Positions 48,504 to 58,051 of a stretch of DNA of 64,000 nt are shown one piece after another. Position 1 is the stretch's first letter. The number at the start of each line of letters is the position of its first letter. The stretch is taken from the NCBI GenBank assembly GCA_963771885.1, contig CAVYVF010000002.1:96001-160000 (forward strand), read 5' to 3'. Position numbers and translations under genes: made by a program. A model generated the notes under the pieces. The model was not told the origin of the DNA. It worked only from the letters and a program-made list of their open reading frames with translations, and searched no databases. Source of the DNA: Candidatus Bathyarchaeota archaeon (GTDB taxonomy: Archaea > Thermoproteota > Bathyarchaeia > TCS64).

Positions 48504-48761
48504 GTGGGCGCTAAGAAGCTCCAGCTGACTGAAGACGAACTCCTCTTCCTCGACACCCTTCAGGGGTGCGGCTTTGGACATGTCTCCGAGGGGAAGCTCA
48601 GGGAGAAGCTGCAGGACCATGGTATGGCTGAGTCGACGTACAATACAGTGAGAAGGAAGCTGCTCTTCGCCCGTTTCATAGGTTCGGTCTACGGGAACCT
48701 AACGCTGGAGAAGCCGGATTATAAGCCGTTAGAAGCCGAGGCTGATGAGCAGACCGGTTAG
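48504..48761 (+). CDS. Small hypothetical protein
   Basis: Protein-like composition, fills the gap, TTAAA box upstream. Confidence 0.5.
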   Translation: MGAKKLQLTEDELLFLDTLQGCGFGHVSEGKLREKLQDHGMAESTYNTVRRKLLFARFIGSVYGNLTLEKPDYKPLEAEADEQTG

Positions 48762-50351
48762 TAGGCACGTTACTAGCGTGAGAAGTAGCGCTACGATCAG
48801 GTGTTTCCTCATTATTGTCGATTCGACCTCCTTACCGGCGGCGACGCAGGCGACGGCGTTGTTGATTTTGGAGGGGGTCACGGCGCTTGCGACTCCGCCG
48901 GCGACTGCGTGGCTGCCGTATATAGTCATGAACTGGTTCGGCGCTAGCCCGAGGCCGTCGGCGGCTGTCTTCTGGATTCTGTAAAAGAGGACGTTCGACG
49001 TTGTCTCGGATCCACCTACTATTGCGCCGAGGAAGCCTAGGCTGGCGGAGACATAGATGTACGCCCCGCCAAAGACGAGCGCGAGGGTCTCCCCGAGGAC
49101 CTGGTTCATTGTGGAGCCCGACATGACGAAGCTGACGCCAAAGTAGACCATGATTGTGAGTATAGGCGCAGGCGTACGCTTTAGCCAGAGGTTGAAGCCC
49201 TTGGTTAGTTGCTCCTTCGTTGGTTTGAGTGTTGTGAGGCTTATTGCAGTGGCGATGAATATCCAGGTGTATATCTGAGAGAGGATGTCGAGGTCGACTG
49301 TCTGAGTACCTATCTTGAAGACCTCGATGGTTCCGGGCGCATTTGAGAGGTAAACTCCAATCGCGGGGAGGCTTACGACGGCTGCGAGGAGGGTCAGGAT
49401 GACTAGGGGTGAGAAGCTTCGCCATATCTCGCCGCGCTTGATGTCTTCACCGGTTACGGCGACGGCGTCCTTTCCCTGTGTTGCTCTGTCGTAGATCGTC
49501 AGTGCGACCATGGTGAAGAGCCCTGCTATGACGCCGACTATTCGGAGTGGGATCAGCTCGTAGCCGAGGACATAGTCTACGCCCGCGCTGCCCAGACAGG
49601 CTCCTGCGAGGGCGAGTCCGCAGATAAGGCCGGGAACGAGCCCTTTCCTCATTGACTTGGTTCCGCCGATGAGCCAGAGGATGGCGAATGCGAAGCCTGT
49701 TGAGATTACTGGGAGGAAAACAGCTATTTTAAAGGCGAACTCGATGGGGTTTAGGCCGAAGAGCTGGCTGGGCAACGTGATGGGTATGCTGAGGAGGCTG
49801 AAGCTTGTGGTGGGGTCGTAGCCTAGGACGGCGATGCTGATGGCGGCGAGCTGGCTGAAGCCCATCGCGGCGAGGAGTGGTGGGAAGAGTGCTGGTGTGA
49901 CGACGCCGAGGGCGGAGAGGAAGGAGCCGAAGCCGACTCCTATGTAGAGCGCCTGCAGTTCACTCCCCGCGACCTGCTTCTTAATGACCGCTGAGATGGT
50001 TCTGAGGGCGCCTGCCTCCTGCATTATGTAGATGAGGAGCATCGTGGCAGCTACTGTGAAGGCTATTCCGAAGCTCTTCAGAAAGCCGACGATGGTTGAC
50101 ATGCCCGCGTCGAGGGGCGAGTTACCGAAGTTTGTGACGGCTAGTACAACAGCGAGGATGTAGCCGACGAACGCCATGTTGAGGCTGCCCTGTCTAAGGA
50201 ATGCGACGCCGATGAGAACGACGATCAGTGGGAAGAAGGCGAGTAGGAACTTCGCCGTTGGACCAGTTGTCATATATGCTGTTGCGATGGCGAGTACGCC
50301 GACTACGGCGATGACCGCTAACGATATCTCCCTGACTCTTTTCTCCTCCAC
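48729..50351 (-). CDS. L-lactate permease family transporter
   Basis: Multi-TM protein; LGFLGAIVGGSETTSNVLF..IQ and TPSKI motifs. Confidence 0.8.
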   Translation of the reverse strand: MEEKRVREISLAVIAVVGVLAIATAYMTTGPTAKFLLAFFPLIVVLIGVAFLRQGSLNMAFVGYILAVVLAVTNFGNSPLDAGMSTIVGFLKSFGIAFTVAATMLLIYIMQEAGALRTISAVIKKQVAGSELQALYIGVGFGSFLSALGVVTPALFPPLLAAMGFSQLAAISIAVLGYDPTTSFSLLSIPITLPSQLFGLNPIEFAFKIAVFLPVISTGFAFAILWLIGGTKSMRKGLVPGLICGLALAGACLGSAGVDYVLGYELIPLRIVGVIAGLFTMVALTIYDRATQGKDAVAVTGEDIKRGEIWRSFSPLVILTLLAAVVSLPAIGVYLSNAPGTIEVFKIGTQTVDLDILSQIYTWIFIATAISLTTLKPTKEQLTKGFNLWLKRTPAPILTIMVYFGVSFVMSGSTMNQVLGETLALVFGGAYIYVSASLGFLGAIVGGSETTSNVLFYRIQKTAADGLGLAPNQFMTIYGSHAVAGGVASAVTPSKINNAVACVAAGKEVESTIMRKHLIVALLLTLVTCLLTGLLISLGF

Positions 50352-50405
50352 GGAAAATCCCCTGAAATACCCAAGAATGGGGGCTAGCTAGATAAGACTT
50401 GGCGC

Positions 50406-50804
50406 CTACATCTTCTTCACTGCTTCTCGCTCAAGCTTCCTGATTAGGTGCTTGAGGTGGTCCTTGTCCTCGCGCGTAGTCTTGAACTCTGCACTATGAG
50501 GGCAGACTGAGTCGAAGACGAACTTGTGTAAGTCCATGTCGTAGATGAGTGGGTACATCCTGCAGCCCTGGGGACGGCATTCGTAGATGCGACACCTGCC
50601 CTCCTCGAGGAAGACGCACTGTCTCCCCTTGTTCTTCAGTCGGGTCTCGCCCTCGGCCTTGACGGTGAAGTCCGCTCTCTTGAAGCCGAGCTTCTCGATG
50701 TCCTTCAGGTCGTCATCTGTTAGTGGCATCTCGGTTTCGATACAGCAGGCGACGCAGTGGTGGCGCAGACAGGGTGAACCGTCTGATAATTTGCCATCCG
50801 CCAT
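50406..50804 (-). CDS. YkgJ-family cysteine cluster protein
   Basis: C...C..CC, CVFL...C.IY..RP..C..YP. Confidence 0.85.
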   Translation of the reverse strand: MADGKLSDGSPCLRHHCVACCIETEMPLTDDDLKDIEKLGFKRADFTVKAEGETRLKNKGRQCVFLEEGRCRIYECRPQGCRMYPLIYDMDLHKFVFDSVCPHSAEFKTTREDKDHLKHLIRKLEREAVKKM

Positions 50805-50893
50805 CCGAAATCACTTAGCAGACATGGCGTCTGCTCGGTTATCAACCTGCGTATGGAGACTCGGGGTTAATAAGAGGGGTTGAGCGACGTCTT

Positions 50894-50992
50894 CTAGGTG
50901 TGCTTCGCCGCTTCCTTATCCTTCTTCTTCTTTCTCTTCTCTTCTCGCTCCTTCTTCGTCAACGGCTTGTTCTTGGCGCTGTGCATTCCCAT
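50894..50992 (-). CDS. 32-aa Lys/Glu-rich small protein
   Basis: MGMHSAKNKPLTKKEREEKRKKKKDKEAAKHT*; GAGG upstream of the ATG and a TTTTAT box further upstream. Confidence 0.55.
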   Translation of the reverse strand: MGMHSAKNKPLTKKEREEKRKKKKDKEAAKHT

Positions 50993-51099
50993 GTTTGTTG
51001 CCTCAGAGATTACTTGTATCTGATAATACATAAAACTATCAACGGATCTCGGGGATCCCCCGCAGAACGCTTATACCGGTTTCACTCGATTTTGGTGCC

Positions 51100-52278
51100 A
51101 TGGCTCATCCCTACTGGCTCAGTCAGCCACAGCCCTCCGAGATCAGTCGAAGGATGGAGGGCTACGGCTCTTGGCTAGAGATCGACCTCGATGCCATCAC
51201 CAATAACCTCGCAGAGGTCAGGAAGCATACAAGGGCTGAGGTCATGCCCTGCATCAAGAACAACGCCTATGGGCATGGGCTGCTGCCCATCGCCACGCAT
51301 CTTGAGGAAAATGGCGTGAAGCGGGTGCTCGTGGCGAAGACTCGGGAGGCTATCCTGATCAGGGAGAACACGGGCCTCAGCGCGTTGAACATGGACCCGT
51401 TATGGTCGTCGGAGCAGTACGAGGCGTCCGTTGCAAGGGGGGTGACGCAAGTCATCTACACTCTCGACGCAGCGAAAGCGTTGAGCGTGGCGGCGAAGAA
51501 GCTTGGGAAGGAGGCGGGCGTATTCGTAAAGGTCGACACCGGTCTGCGCCGCGTGGGCGTCTGGCACGAGGAGGCACCCGCACTCATTGAGCAGATCGCG
51601 AAGCTCCCCGGGATTCAGATTGAGGGCATCATGAGCACCCTAATGCAGAACCCCGAACAAGACTGTCAGCAGATCGCCCGAGTCAAGGCGGTCGCCGAGG
51701 AATGCAGGAAGCGTGGAGTCGAACCGGGAGTATTGAGCCTCGCGAGTACTGACGCGACTCTCAATAATCCTGAGGCGCACCTCGACCTCGTCCGTCCCGG
51801 TATGAGCCTCTATGGCGTCTACCCGGAGCCCAAGGACGTGGGGTCGGGCACTAAGCTAAAGCAGGCGCTCTGCTGGAAGGCTCGGATTGAGTACGCGAAG
51901 ACAATCAGGAGGGGTGATTCCGTCACTTACTGGGGTAAATTCGTCGCCCCCGAAGAAATGAGGATAGGTACGGTGCACGTCGGCTTTTATGACGGCGTCC
52001 CACGCGAGATGGCGAATAAGGCTCGCATACTCGTCGGAGGCGAGTACCGCAACAGCCTCGGCTCAATAAGCCTCAACCACATCCTCCTCGATCTACGCGG
52101 TGTCAAGGCCGAGCAGGGGGATGTCGTAGAGATAATAAGTCGAACTGGTGAGAATGACCTGAGTCGCTTCGCCGCGATGGCGGGGTGGATGACCTACAGT
52201 GTCCTCAACCACCTCAACCCATACACCCCACGAATCTATACAAAAAAGGGCGAACCAATCGCGTTACTCGAACCATAG
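51100..52278 (+). CDS. alr: Alanine racemase (PLP fold III)
   Basis: EIDLDAI..N, CIKNNAYGHG (PLP Lys), KVDTGL.R.G, VRPG..LYG, and a second catalytic Tyr (VTYWG). Confidence 0.88.
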   Translation: MAHPYWLSQPQPSEISRRMEGYGSWLEIDLDAITNNLAEVRKHTRAEVMPCIKNNAYGHGLLPIATHLEENGVKRVLVAKTREAILIRENTGLSALNMDPLWSSEQYEASVARGVTQVIYTLDAAKALSVAAKKLGKEAGVFVKVDTGLRRVGVWHEEAPALIEQIAKLPGIQIEGIMSTLMQNPEQDCQQIARVKAVAEECRKRGVEPGVLSLASTDATLNNPEAHLDLVRPGMSLYGVYPEPKDVGSGTKLKQALCWKARIEYAKTIRRGDSVTYWGKFVAPEEMRIGTVHVGFYDGVPREMANKARILVGGEYRNSLGSISLNHILLDLRGVKAEQGDVVEIISRTGENDLSRFAAMAGWMTYSVLNHLNPYTPRIYTKKGEPIALLEP

Positions 52279-52396
52279 TCCGCGAGCATCCGCCGCGTCT
52301 CCACCGCAAATTAGCACAGAGATGCATTTAACTGGAAAATAGCTGAAAACGTAAGGGTGGCGGAGGAGGATACTGAAAATATGACACACGCGCGGG

Positions 52397-53752
52397 CTAG
52401 AAGTTGTCGGTGGGACGGAGCCATTTTCCCTGCCCCGGCTTCCCCACAACCTGGCCATCCTCGTAGATGACCGAGCCGCGGAGTAGAGTCATCACGGGGG
52501 CGCCTACCCCCTCGATTCCTTCGTAGGGTGTAATCTTCTGTATTGTCTTCAGGTCATCCCCTCTGATCTTGAACTTCTTGTCCAAATCAACGACGACCAC
52601 ATCTGCGTCAGCGCCGATGTTAAGCGCTCCTTTCTTCGGGTAGACTCCATTTATCATCGCGGGGTTAGTGCTGAACACCTCGACGAGGCGCTCCAGCCCG
52701 ATTTTGCCGTCGTTGACAGCGTTAAGCATCAGGGGGAGCGTGGTTTCGATGACAACGCCGCCACTCGGCGCGTCGAAGATGTTTTTCCAGCCTCTCTCCT
52801 TCTCCTCCTTCGTGTAAGGGGCGTGGTCGCTCGCCAACACGTCGATGATGCCGTCATTCAGTGCGTCCCAGAGCCGGGCTTGATCCGCCTCGGTCCTGAG
52901 CGGTGGGTCGACCTTTGCATATGGACCCCTCTCCTTCATTGTCTCTTCGCTCATCAGGAGGTAGTTTGTTGATGTTTCGCCCGTCGCGTCGACTCCTCTA
53001 ATCTGCGCCTCTTCAAGCACATCGACGACACCACTCGCGGTGATGTGGCAGACGTGGAGATGGACCCCCGTCTCCTCGGCGAAGAGGAGCGCTCTGCTCG
53101 CCGCCTCTATCTCCGCGATCGGTGGACGGAACTCGCCGTGAGCCATAGGGTCGGTGCGCCCCAGCCTCTTAGCCTCGGCGACGCCCCTGTCGACGATAAC
53201 CCCGTTCTCTGCGTGAATTAGGCAGGGGAGCCCCTCATCGGCGATGATCTCGAAGTTCTTCCGTAGCTGCCAGTCGTCTGCGGCCAGCTCCTTAAAGCGG
53301 GCTATCATGAAGCTCTTGAAGGCTGTGGCGCCTGCCTTTGCGAGGCCCCTAAGCTCCTCCTCTGGGACCTCCCCGGCTCCGCCGACGAGTCCGAAGTCGA
53401 CTAGCGACTTCATCCCAGCGATCGCCTTCTTCTCCTCAAACGCCTTGACGGTCACTGTAGCGGGGACCGTGTTCGGCATGTCCATGACGCTCGTTACACC
53501 GCCCGCCGCTGCTGCGCGTGTCCCTGACTCGAAGTTCTCCCTGTCAGGGTTACCTGGGTCCCTGAGATGGACGTGCATGTCAACCATCCCAGGGAGAATA
53601 TACTTCCCCGAGGCGTCGATTACCCGGTCCGCCATGGGCTCGCCGCTCTTCATTATGCCTATTATAGTGCCCTCGTCTATGACGAGGCTCCCCTCCCAGA
53701 GACCCGAGGGGAGAACTAGCGTGCCGTTCTTGACAACTACGTCGACTGGCAT
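52397..53752 (-). CDS. Cyclic amidohydrolase (allantoinase/hydantoinase/dihydroorotase family)
   Basis: DMHVH, AAAAGGVT, DMPNT, HAEN, HVCH and SDHAP motifs. Confidence 0.88.
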   Translation of the reverse strand: MPVDVVVKNGTLVLPSGLWEGSLVIDEGTIIGIMKSGEPMADRVIDASGKYILPGMVDMHVHLRDPGNPDRENFESGTRAAAAGGVTSVMDMPNTVPATVTVKAFEEKKAIAGMKSLVDFGLVGGAGEVPEEELRGLAKAGATAFKSFMIARFKELAADDWQLRKNFEIIADEGLPCLIHAENGVIVDRGVAEAKRLGRTDPMAHGEFRPPIAEIEAASRALLFAEETGVHLHVCHITASGVVDVLEEAQIRGVDATGETSTNYLLMSEETMKERGPYAKVDPPLRTEADQARLWDALNDGIIDVLASDHAPYTKEEKERGWKNIFDAPSGGVVIETTLPLMLNAVNDGKIGLERLVEVFSTNPAMINGVYPKKGALNIGADADVVVVDLDKKFKIRGDDLKTIQKITPYEGIEGVGAPVMTLLRGSVIYEDGQVVGKPGQGKWLRPTDNF

Positions 53753-53803
53753 TTCCTACACCTGCAATAAGGCGGTGCGGTGAGGCTGATAACCGTTGCC
53801 TGG

Positions 53804-54940
53804 CTAGAAGGCGACGTCCCAGGGCATCTGATTGAGGACAATTGGGTCCCCTTTTGTCACGAGTACTATATCCTCCAGGTGGCTCCTCATACCAAGCTTC
53901 GCGTCGACCCGCATGGGCTCGTAGGTGAGCGTCATCCCAGCCTTGAGGGGAAGCGCATCCGTCTCGATGGAACCGAAGTTGGGTGCGTAGGGCATCGTGT
54001 AGTCGTGGACGTCCAGACCTATCTGGTGTCCGCTGCGGGGCGTTGGCTCAAATCCGAGTTCCTCGTGTAGGGAGTTCGCGTAGCGGAGTACATCGTTCCC
54101 CGAGACGCCCTCGCGGATGTGTTTAATGCCTTCTCTCTGCACCTTGACGATGCGGTCGAGGAAGTCCTTTGCCTGCGCGTCCAGTGTCACAGGCCAGGTC
54201 CTGCCCATGTCGCTGCAGTATCCAGAGTCTACACGGACGCCCACATCTACGCTGAGGATGTCCCCATGCTTGATGGTCCCATAGGGTCTGCGTGGCCCCC
54301 TGCAGAAGCTAATGGAGGAGTCGAAGCTATGGTCGAGGGCGCCAAGCTCAATGAGGCGGGCGTCTAGGCGCTTCTTGATCTTCCAAGTGTCAGCTCCGGG
54401 GACGCCCCACTGTATGAGCTCATAGACGACGTTCTCCGTGATGTTTATGGCGCGCCTCATCTCGGAGACCTCGTAATCGTCCTTAATACTCCGCATGGTG
54501 AAGATGTGATCGCTGACATCCTTCTTAGGGTCGATCTTGATGTGGAGAGTGTCTGCTAGGGCGTAGGCGAACTGGCTACTCATCGTGCTGAGATCGAAGC
54601 AGATCCTGTCGGGGTTGTAACCGGTTAGCGCGACCTGCGTTCCCCTCATGTGGTGCCCTTTCTCCTGGCGGACTGCAATGACTTTGCTATACTTGCCGCT
54701 CTCCTCAGCCGCCTTCGCACCCCAGTGGGGCGTGACAAGGGAGACATCTCCGTTGACGCTTAGGATGAGGCTCTGATGCTCATCCCCGATGCCGTTTGGG
54801 CAGAGGTAGGTGAAGTTGCCCGGGTTCTGATTTACTACTTCGTTAAGTAACACGACGGTCTCGAAGCCGCGTCGCTCAATCTCTTTTAGGAGCTCCCTTT
54901 TTCGCCTAGCTAGAGACTCATCCTGTTTCATCTGGGTCAC
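53804..54940 (-). CDS. M24 family (Xaa-Pro) peptidase
   Basis: Metal ligands D (VDVG), D (SDMGRT), H (HQIG), E (YEP), E (LEDI). Confidence 0.85.
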   Translation of the reverse strand: MTQMKQDESLARRKRELLKEIERRGFETVVLLNEVVNQNPGNFTYLCPNGIGDEHQSLILSVNGDVSLVTPHWGAKAAEESGKYSKVIAVRQEKGHHMRGTQVALTGYNPDRICFDLSTMSSQFAYALADTLHIKIDPKKDVSDHIFTMRSIKDDYEVSEMRRAINITENVVYELIQWGVPGADTWKIKKRLDARLIELGALDHSFDSSISFCRGPRRPYGTIKHGDILSVDVGVRVDSGYCSDMGRTWPVTLDAQAKDFLDRIVKVQREGIKHIREGVSGNDVLRYANSLHEELGFEPTPRSGHQIGLDVHDYTMPYAPNFGSIETDALPLKAGMTLTYEPMRVDAKLGMRSHLEDIVLVTKGDPIVLNQMPWDVAF

Positions 54941-55073
54941 TTCTGGGAGTAGAAGCGCTTGTAGTGGATATGGCTTTTCCCCTTACATATAACGAGGTTA
55001 AAGTTACGAATTAATTGTGTGCTCATATGCATAACTTTTTAAAAGATTTCTGATAAAAGAAGGGAGATATTGT

Positions 55074-55835
55074 ATGAATAGGAAACCTCTGATAGGCTTA
55101 ACTTCCAATTATTCGACAAATGGTGAAGTTGGTACGTTAACCAAACTCGGAGCTTCTAGCCAGAAGTGGCAGCTGCTTGCAGAGGATTATATCTGTGCCG
55201 TGGAAGAGGCTGGCGGTATACCTGTTATAATCCCTATTACCGACAATCCAGAGGTTGCGGTGCAGAGTCTTTCTGCAATTCATGGCCTCATACTCACCGG
55301 CGGAAACGATGTTGATCCACGGCGGTACGGTCAGGCTCCGGATCCTTCACTCGGCGAAGTCTCAATCAAGCGTGATCTTGTTGAAATGAATGTTCTGAAG
55401 AAGGGATTAGGGGAATATAATATGCCGATTTTGGCAATTTGTAGAGGCTGTCAGCTTATGAACATAGTTTTGGGTGGTACTTTGTATCAAGATGTTAATA
55501 GATCAGGTCTGACTACTCAACCACATTTTCTTCTTTCCTATCCTATTGAAGAGGTGAGTCATGATATTTCGGTGGTCGAAGGTAGCAAGTTGCATTCGAT
55601 ATTAAAGCAGAAGAGAGTTGGAGTTAACAGCTTCCACCATCAGGCGATAGACAGGCTTGCGAATGGGCTGAGAATTACAGCTGAATCGGATGATAAAGTG
55701 ATTGAGGCTGTTGAGCTCGAAGGCGACAGATTTGTTGTCGGGGTACAGTGGCATCCTGAAATGATGATTAATGGCACAACAAGCTATCTTAACCTATTCA
55801 AGGCATTTGTAGACGAATGCGCGAAGAACTGCTGA
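55074..55835 (+). CDS. Gamma-glutamyl-gamma-aminobutyrate hydrolase family (peptidase C26, PuuD-like)
   Basis: LTGG.DV.P, AICRG.Q, VNSFHHQA and VQWHPE motifs. Confidence 0.9.
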   Translation: MNRKPLIGLTSNYSTNGEVGTLTKLGASSQKWQLLAEDYICAVEEAGGIPVIIPITDNPEVAVQSLSAIHGLILTGGNDVDPRRYGQAPDPSLGEVSIKRDLVEMNVLKKGLGEYNMPILAICRGCQLMNIVLGGTLYQDVNRSGLTTQPHFLLSYPIEEVSHDISVVEGSKLHSILKQKRVGVNSFHHQAIDRLANGLRITAESDDKVIEAVELEGDRFVVGVQWHPEMMINGTTSYLNLFKAFVDECAKNC

Positions 55836-55878
55836 TTAGTGTCATGTGTATTTCGCGGGAAGTCACGCGCGCTTGTAT

Positions 55879-56784
55879 TCAGCGATCTTTTACCCCTTTA
55901 ACAACGCCTTCTACCATCTTGTAGACTGCTTTTAAAGCCGTTCCCTCGGGATCGCCTTTAGTTGGTAGGCTAGCGACACCGAAAGAAGCGACTTTTGGGT
56001 ATCTGAACATGATTTCGAGGGTCTTCATTAGTTGGTCGCTGTTACAGCCATTAGGCACCGGTGTGGTGTGGCCTGGGACTTCATCGGAACTCAACACGTC
56101 GGTATCTACATGTACGTATATTCTATCAGTCAGTGAGCTCAAGCGGTCCATCTGTTTTATCACGTTTTGACTTTGTTTTCTTATATCGTCAACTGTGATT
56201 AACTCGATTTCACTTGTGTCAATTATCTCCTGCTCTAGAGGGTCTGTATCTCGAAGGCCTGCCAGAACTACGTAACGTGTGGGCAGTGGGACCTCGAGGC
56301 CAGTTTGATGTCTTAAGCGTTGTAGGCATAACCCACAGCTTACAGCCACTGGCATGCCCCCCATCATCATACTAAGACTCGTTTCCGGGGTGTTAATGTC
56401 TCCGTGGGCGTCGAAGTAAACCAAACCTACTCGCAGAGGTTTCCAATCTGGGCCTGACTGTTGTACCCCTGCTAGCATCCCCATTAATCCGACGCAGTTT
56501 GAGAGTAATGAGATGTTTTGCTCGCCTTTCTTTATCTGGGTGGAGACGATTTCTGCGAGGTGGTGACTGGCTAATCCGAGTCTGTTGACTGTGCCGTATT
56601 GTTTCTCTTCCTCGGGGGTCAGGGCTGCGGTCTTTGTTTCTGTTACGTTTACATTGAGGCTCTTGAGGAGAGCATAGAGCCCCCCACTCTCCATGATGTT
56701 TGGTCCTTCGTCGAATTCTTTTCTCCCAAAGTTACCATCGTGAAGAAATTTTGCTATTCCTACTTGAATTTGCCCTTCATTCAA
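55879..56784 (-). CDS. Arginase/ureohydrolase family protein
   Basis: FDAHGD.N.P and HVDTDV motifs; the GGDH motif is replaced by SNC. Confidence 0.8.
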   Translation of the reverse strand: MNEGQIQVGIAKFLHDGNFGRKEFDEGPNIMESGGLYALLKSLNVNVTETKTAALTPEEEKQYGTVNRLGLASHHLAEIVSTQIKKGEQNISLLSNCVGLMGMLAGVQQSGPDWKPLRVGLVYFDAHGDINTPETSLSMMMGGMPVAVSCGLCLQRLRHQTGLEVPLPTRYVVLAGLRDTDPLEQEIIDTSEIELITVDDIRKQSQNVIKQMDRLSSLTDRIYVHVDTDVLSSDEVPGHTTPVPNGCNSDQLMKTLEIMFRYPKVASFGVASLPTKGDPEGTALKAVYKMVEGVVKGVKDR

Positions 56785-56851
56785 TCTCTGTCAGAGAGTA
56801 TGATGTTATTCTGTATGATATATTCTCACATGCACGCGCGTTAATCTTGGA

Positions 56852-57853
56852 TTAAATTTTAGGAAACCAGTGAGGAGAACAAGTGGAGGCTTTTGTGACA
56901 GCCTTCACATCATATGCTCCGAACACGGCTTCGGACTCTCTCAAGTAACCTACCTTTAAAGGATCTACCTTAATCAAACCACATAACACCGAGTCAAGCT
57001 CAGCGAGGTTATCTCCACATGCTGCAAACCCGTCGCCATCTTCAACTCTGTAGGCCCCCCATGGAGCCTTTACCTCCCCATATTGATCGGAAACCGTGTA
57101 ACAGTTGAAGCTCTCACAGACTCCGACGAGTGAAAAGTACGAAGCATATATCTTCGCGATATCTACAATGCTTCGGTTAATGCGGGTTTCCCCCGGGCCA
57201 TGCCACCAACTTCTCCATGGATCAGGGATGAGCCCGAACAGGTTCTTGATGGAGAGACTCGGAAAAGTGCCCCCGGCGCCTTTCACGTGTCCGAAGCTTA
57301 TCAGGGGAGCACCGACGTATGCAGCCAATCTCTCCGGCATATACCCGTAGAGCTTAGGATACTCGACAGGGGGATAATTTGCTTCAACCCGCCTCTTGAC
57401 CGCATCGACTTCTACTACTCTGCCAGATAAAGTCTCCTCGGTCACGCTGAGGTACTCGCAGCCATATCGCTCCATGACGTCTGTAAGACCATAGTTATCT
57501 CTGAACCACTTATCCTGAGTCCTCATAGTATCCAGGTTATCCTCTTCTTGAACCCAGCTAAGGTCTGGGTTTCTGAGAAGCCACCTCCAGTCCACTTTTT
57601 CGCCCTTAACTCGATAGACGGCTTGCCCGTTCTGTCTATCTATGGAGTAGCCTTCTATGATGATTGGTTTTCCTGGAAGGATTGCTAGCAATGTTTCGAG
57701 TGTAGCGGCGTCTGTGAATCCACCTTTAAGGGGGCTATACCAGTTTGGTTTAACCATATAGACCTTTGATTCGGGGAGGATGCCTTTTAGCAGGCGCTTT
57801 AAGCCACGGGGAGATCTGATTCGCCCAATTTTTACCGAACCAAAACGGGTCAA
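56852..57853 (-). CDS. DUF362-like protein
   Basis: VKPNW, SLSIKNLFGLIP and WWH motifs. Confidence 0.65.
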   Translation of the reverse strand: MTRFGSVKIGRIRSPRGLKRLLKGILPESKVYMVKPNWYSPLKGGFTDAATLETLLAILPGKPIIIEGYSIDRQNGQAVYRVKGEKVDWRWLLRNPDLSWVQEEDNLDTMRTQDKWFRDNYGLTDVMERYGCEYLSVTEETLSGRVVEVDAVKRRVEANYPPVEYPKLYGYMPERLAAYVGAPLISFGHVKGAGGTFPSLSIKNLFGLIPDPWRSWWHGPGETRINRSIVDIAKIYASYFSLVGVCESFNCYTVSDQYGEVKAPWGAYRVEDGDGFAACGDNLAELDSVLCGLIKVDPLKVGYLRESEAVFGAYDVKAVTKASTCSPHWFPKI

Positions 57854-58051
57854 GGAGAATCAATTTGGTTTCTGTTCGAGGTACTAATTAAGGCGACGTG
57901 CGCGTACTTAACTACCTGAATTTTTGACATGCATATGCGCCACTTTACTGTAGTACAAGTTACGCAATAAGTATAGGATTTAGCTGTCGAATAGTAACTC
58001 TCACTTACACCTGACTCTAATCCAGTGATGCACGCGCCTCGAATGGAGAAG

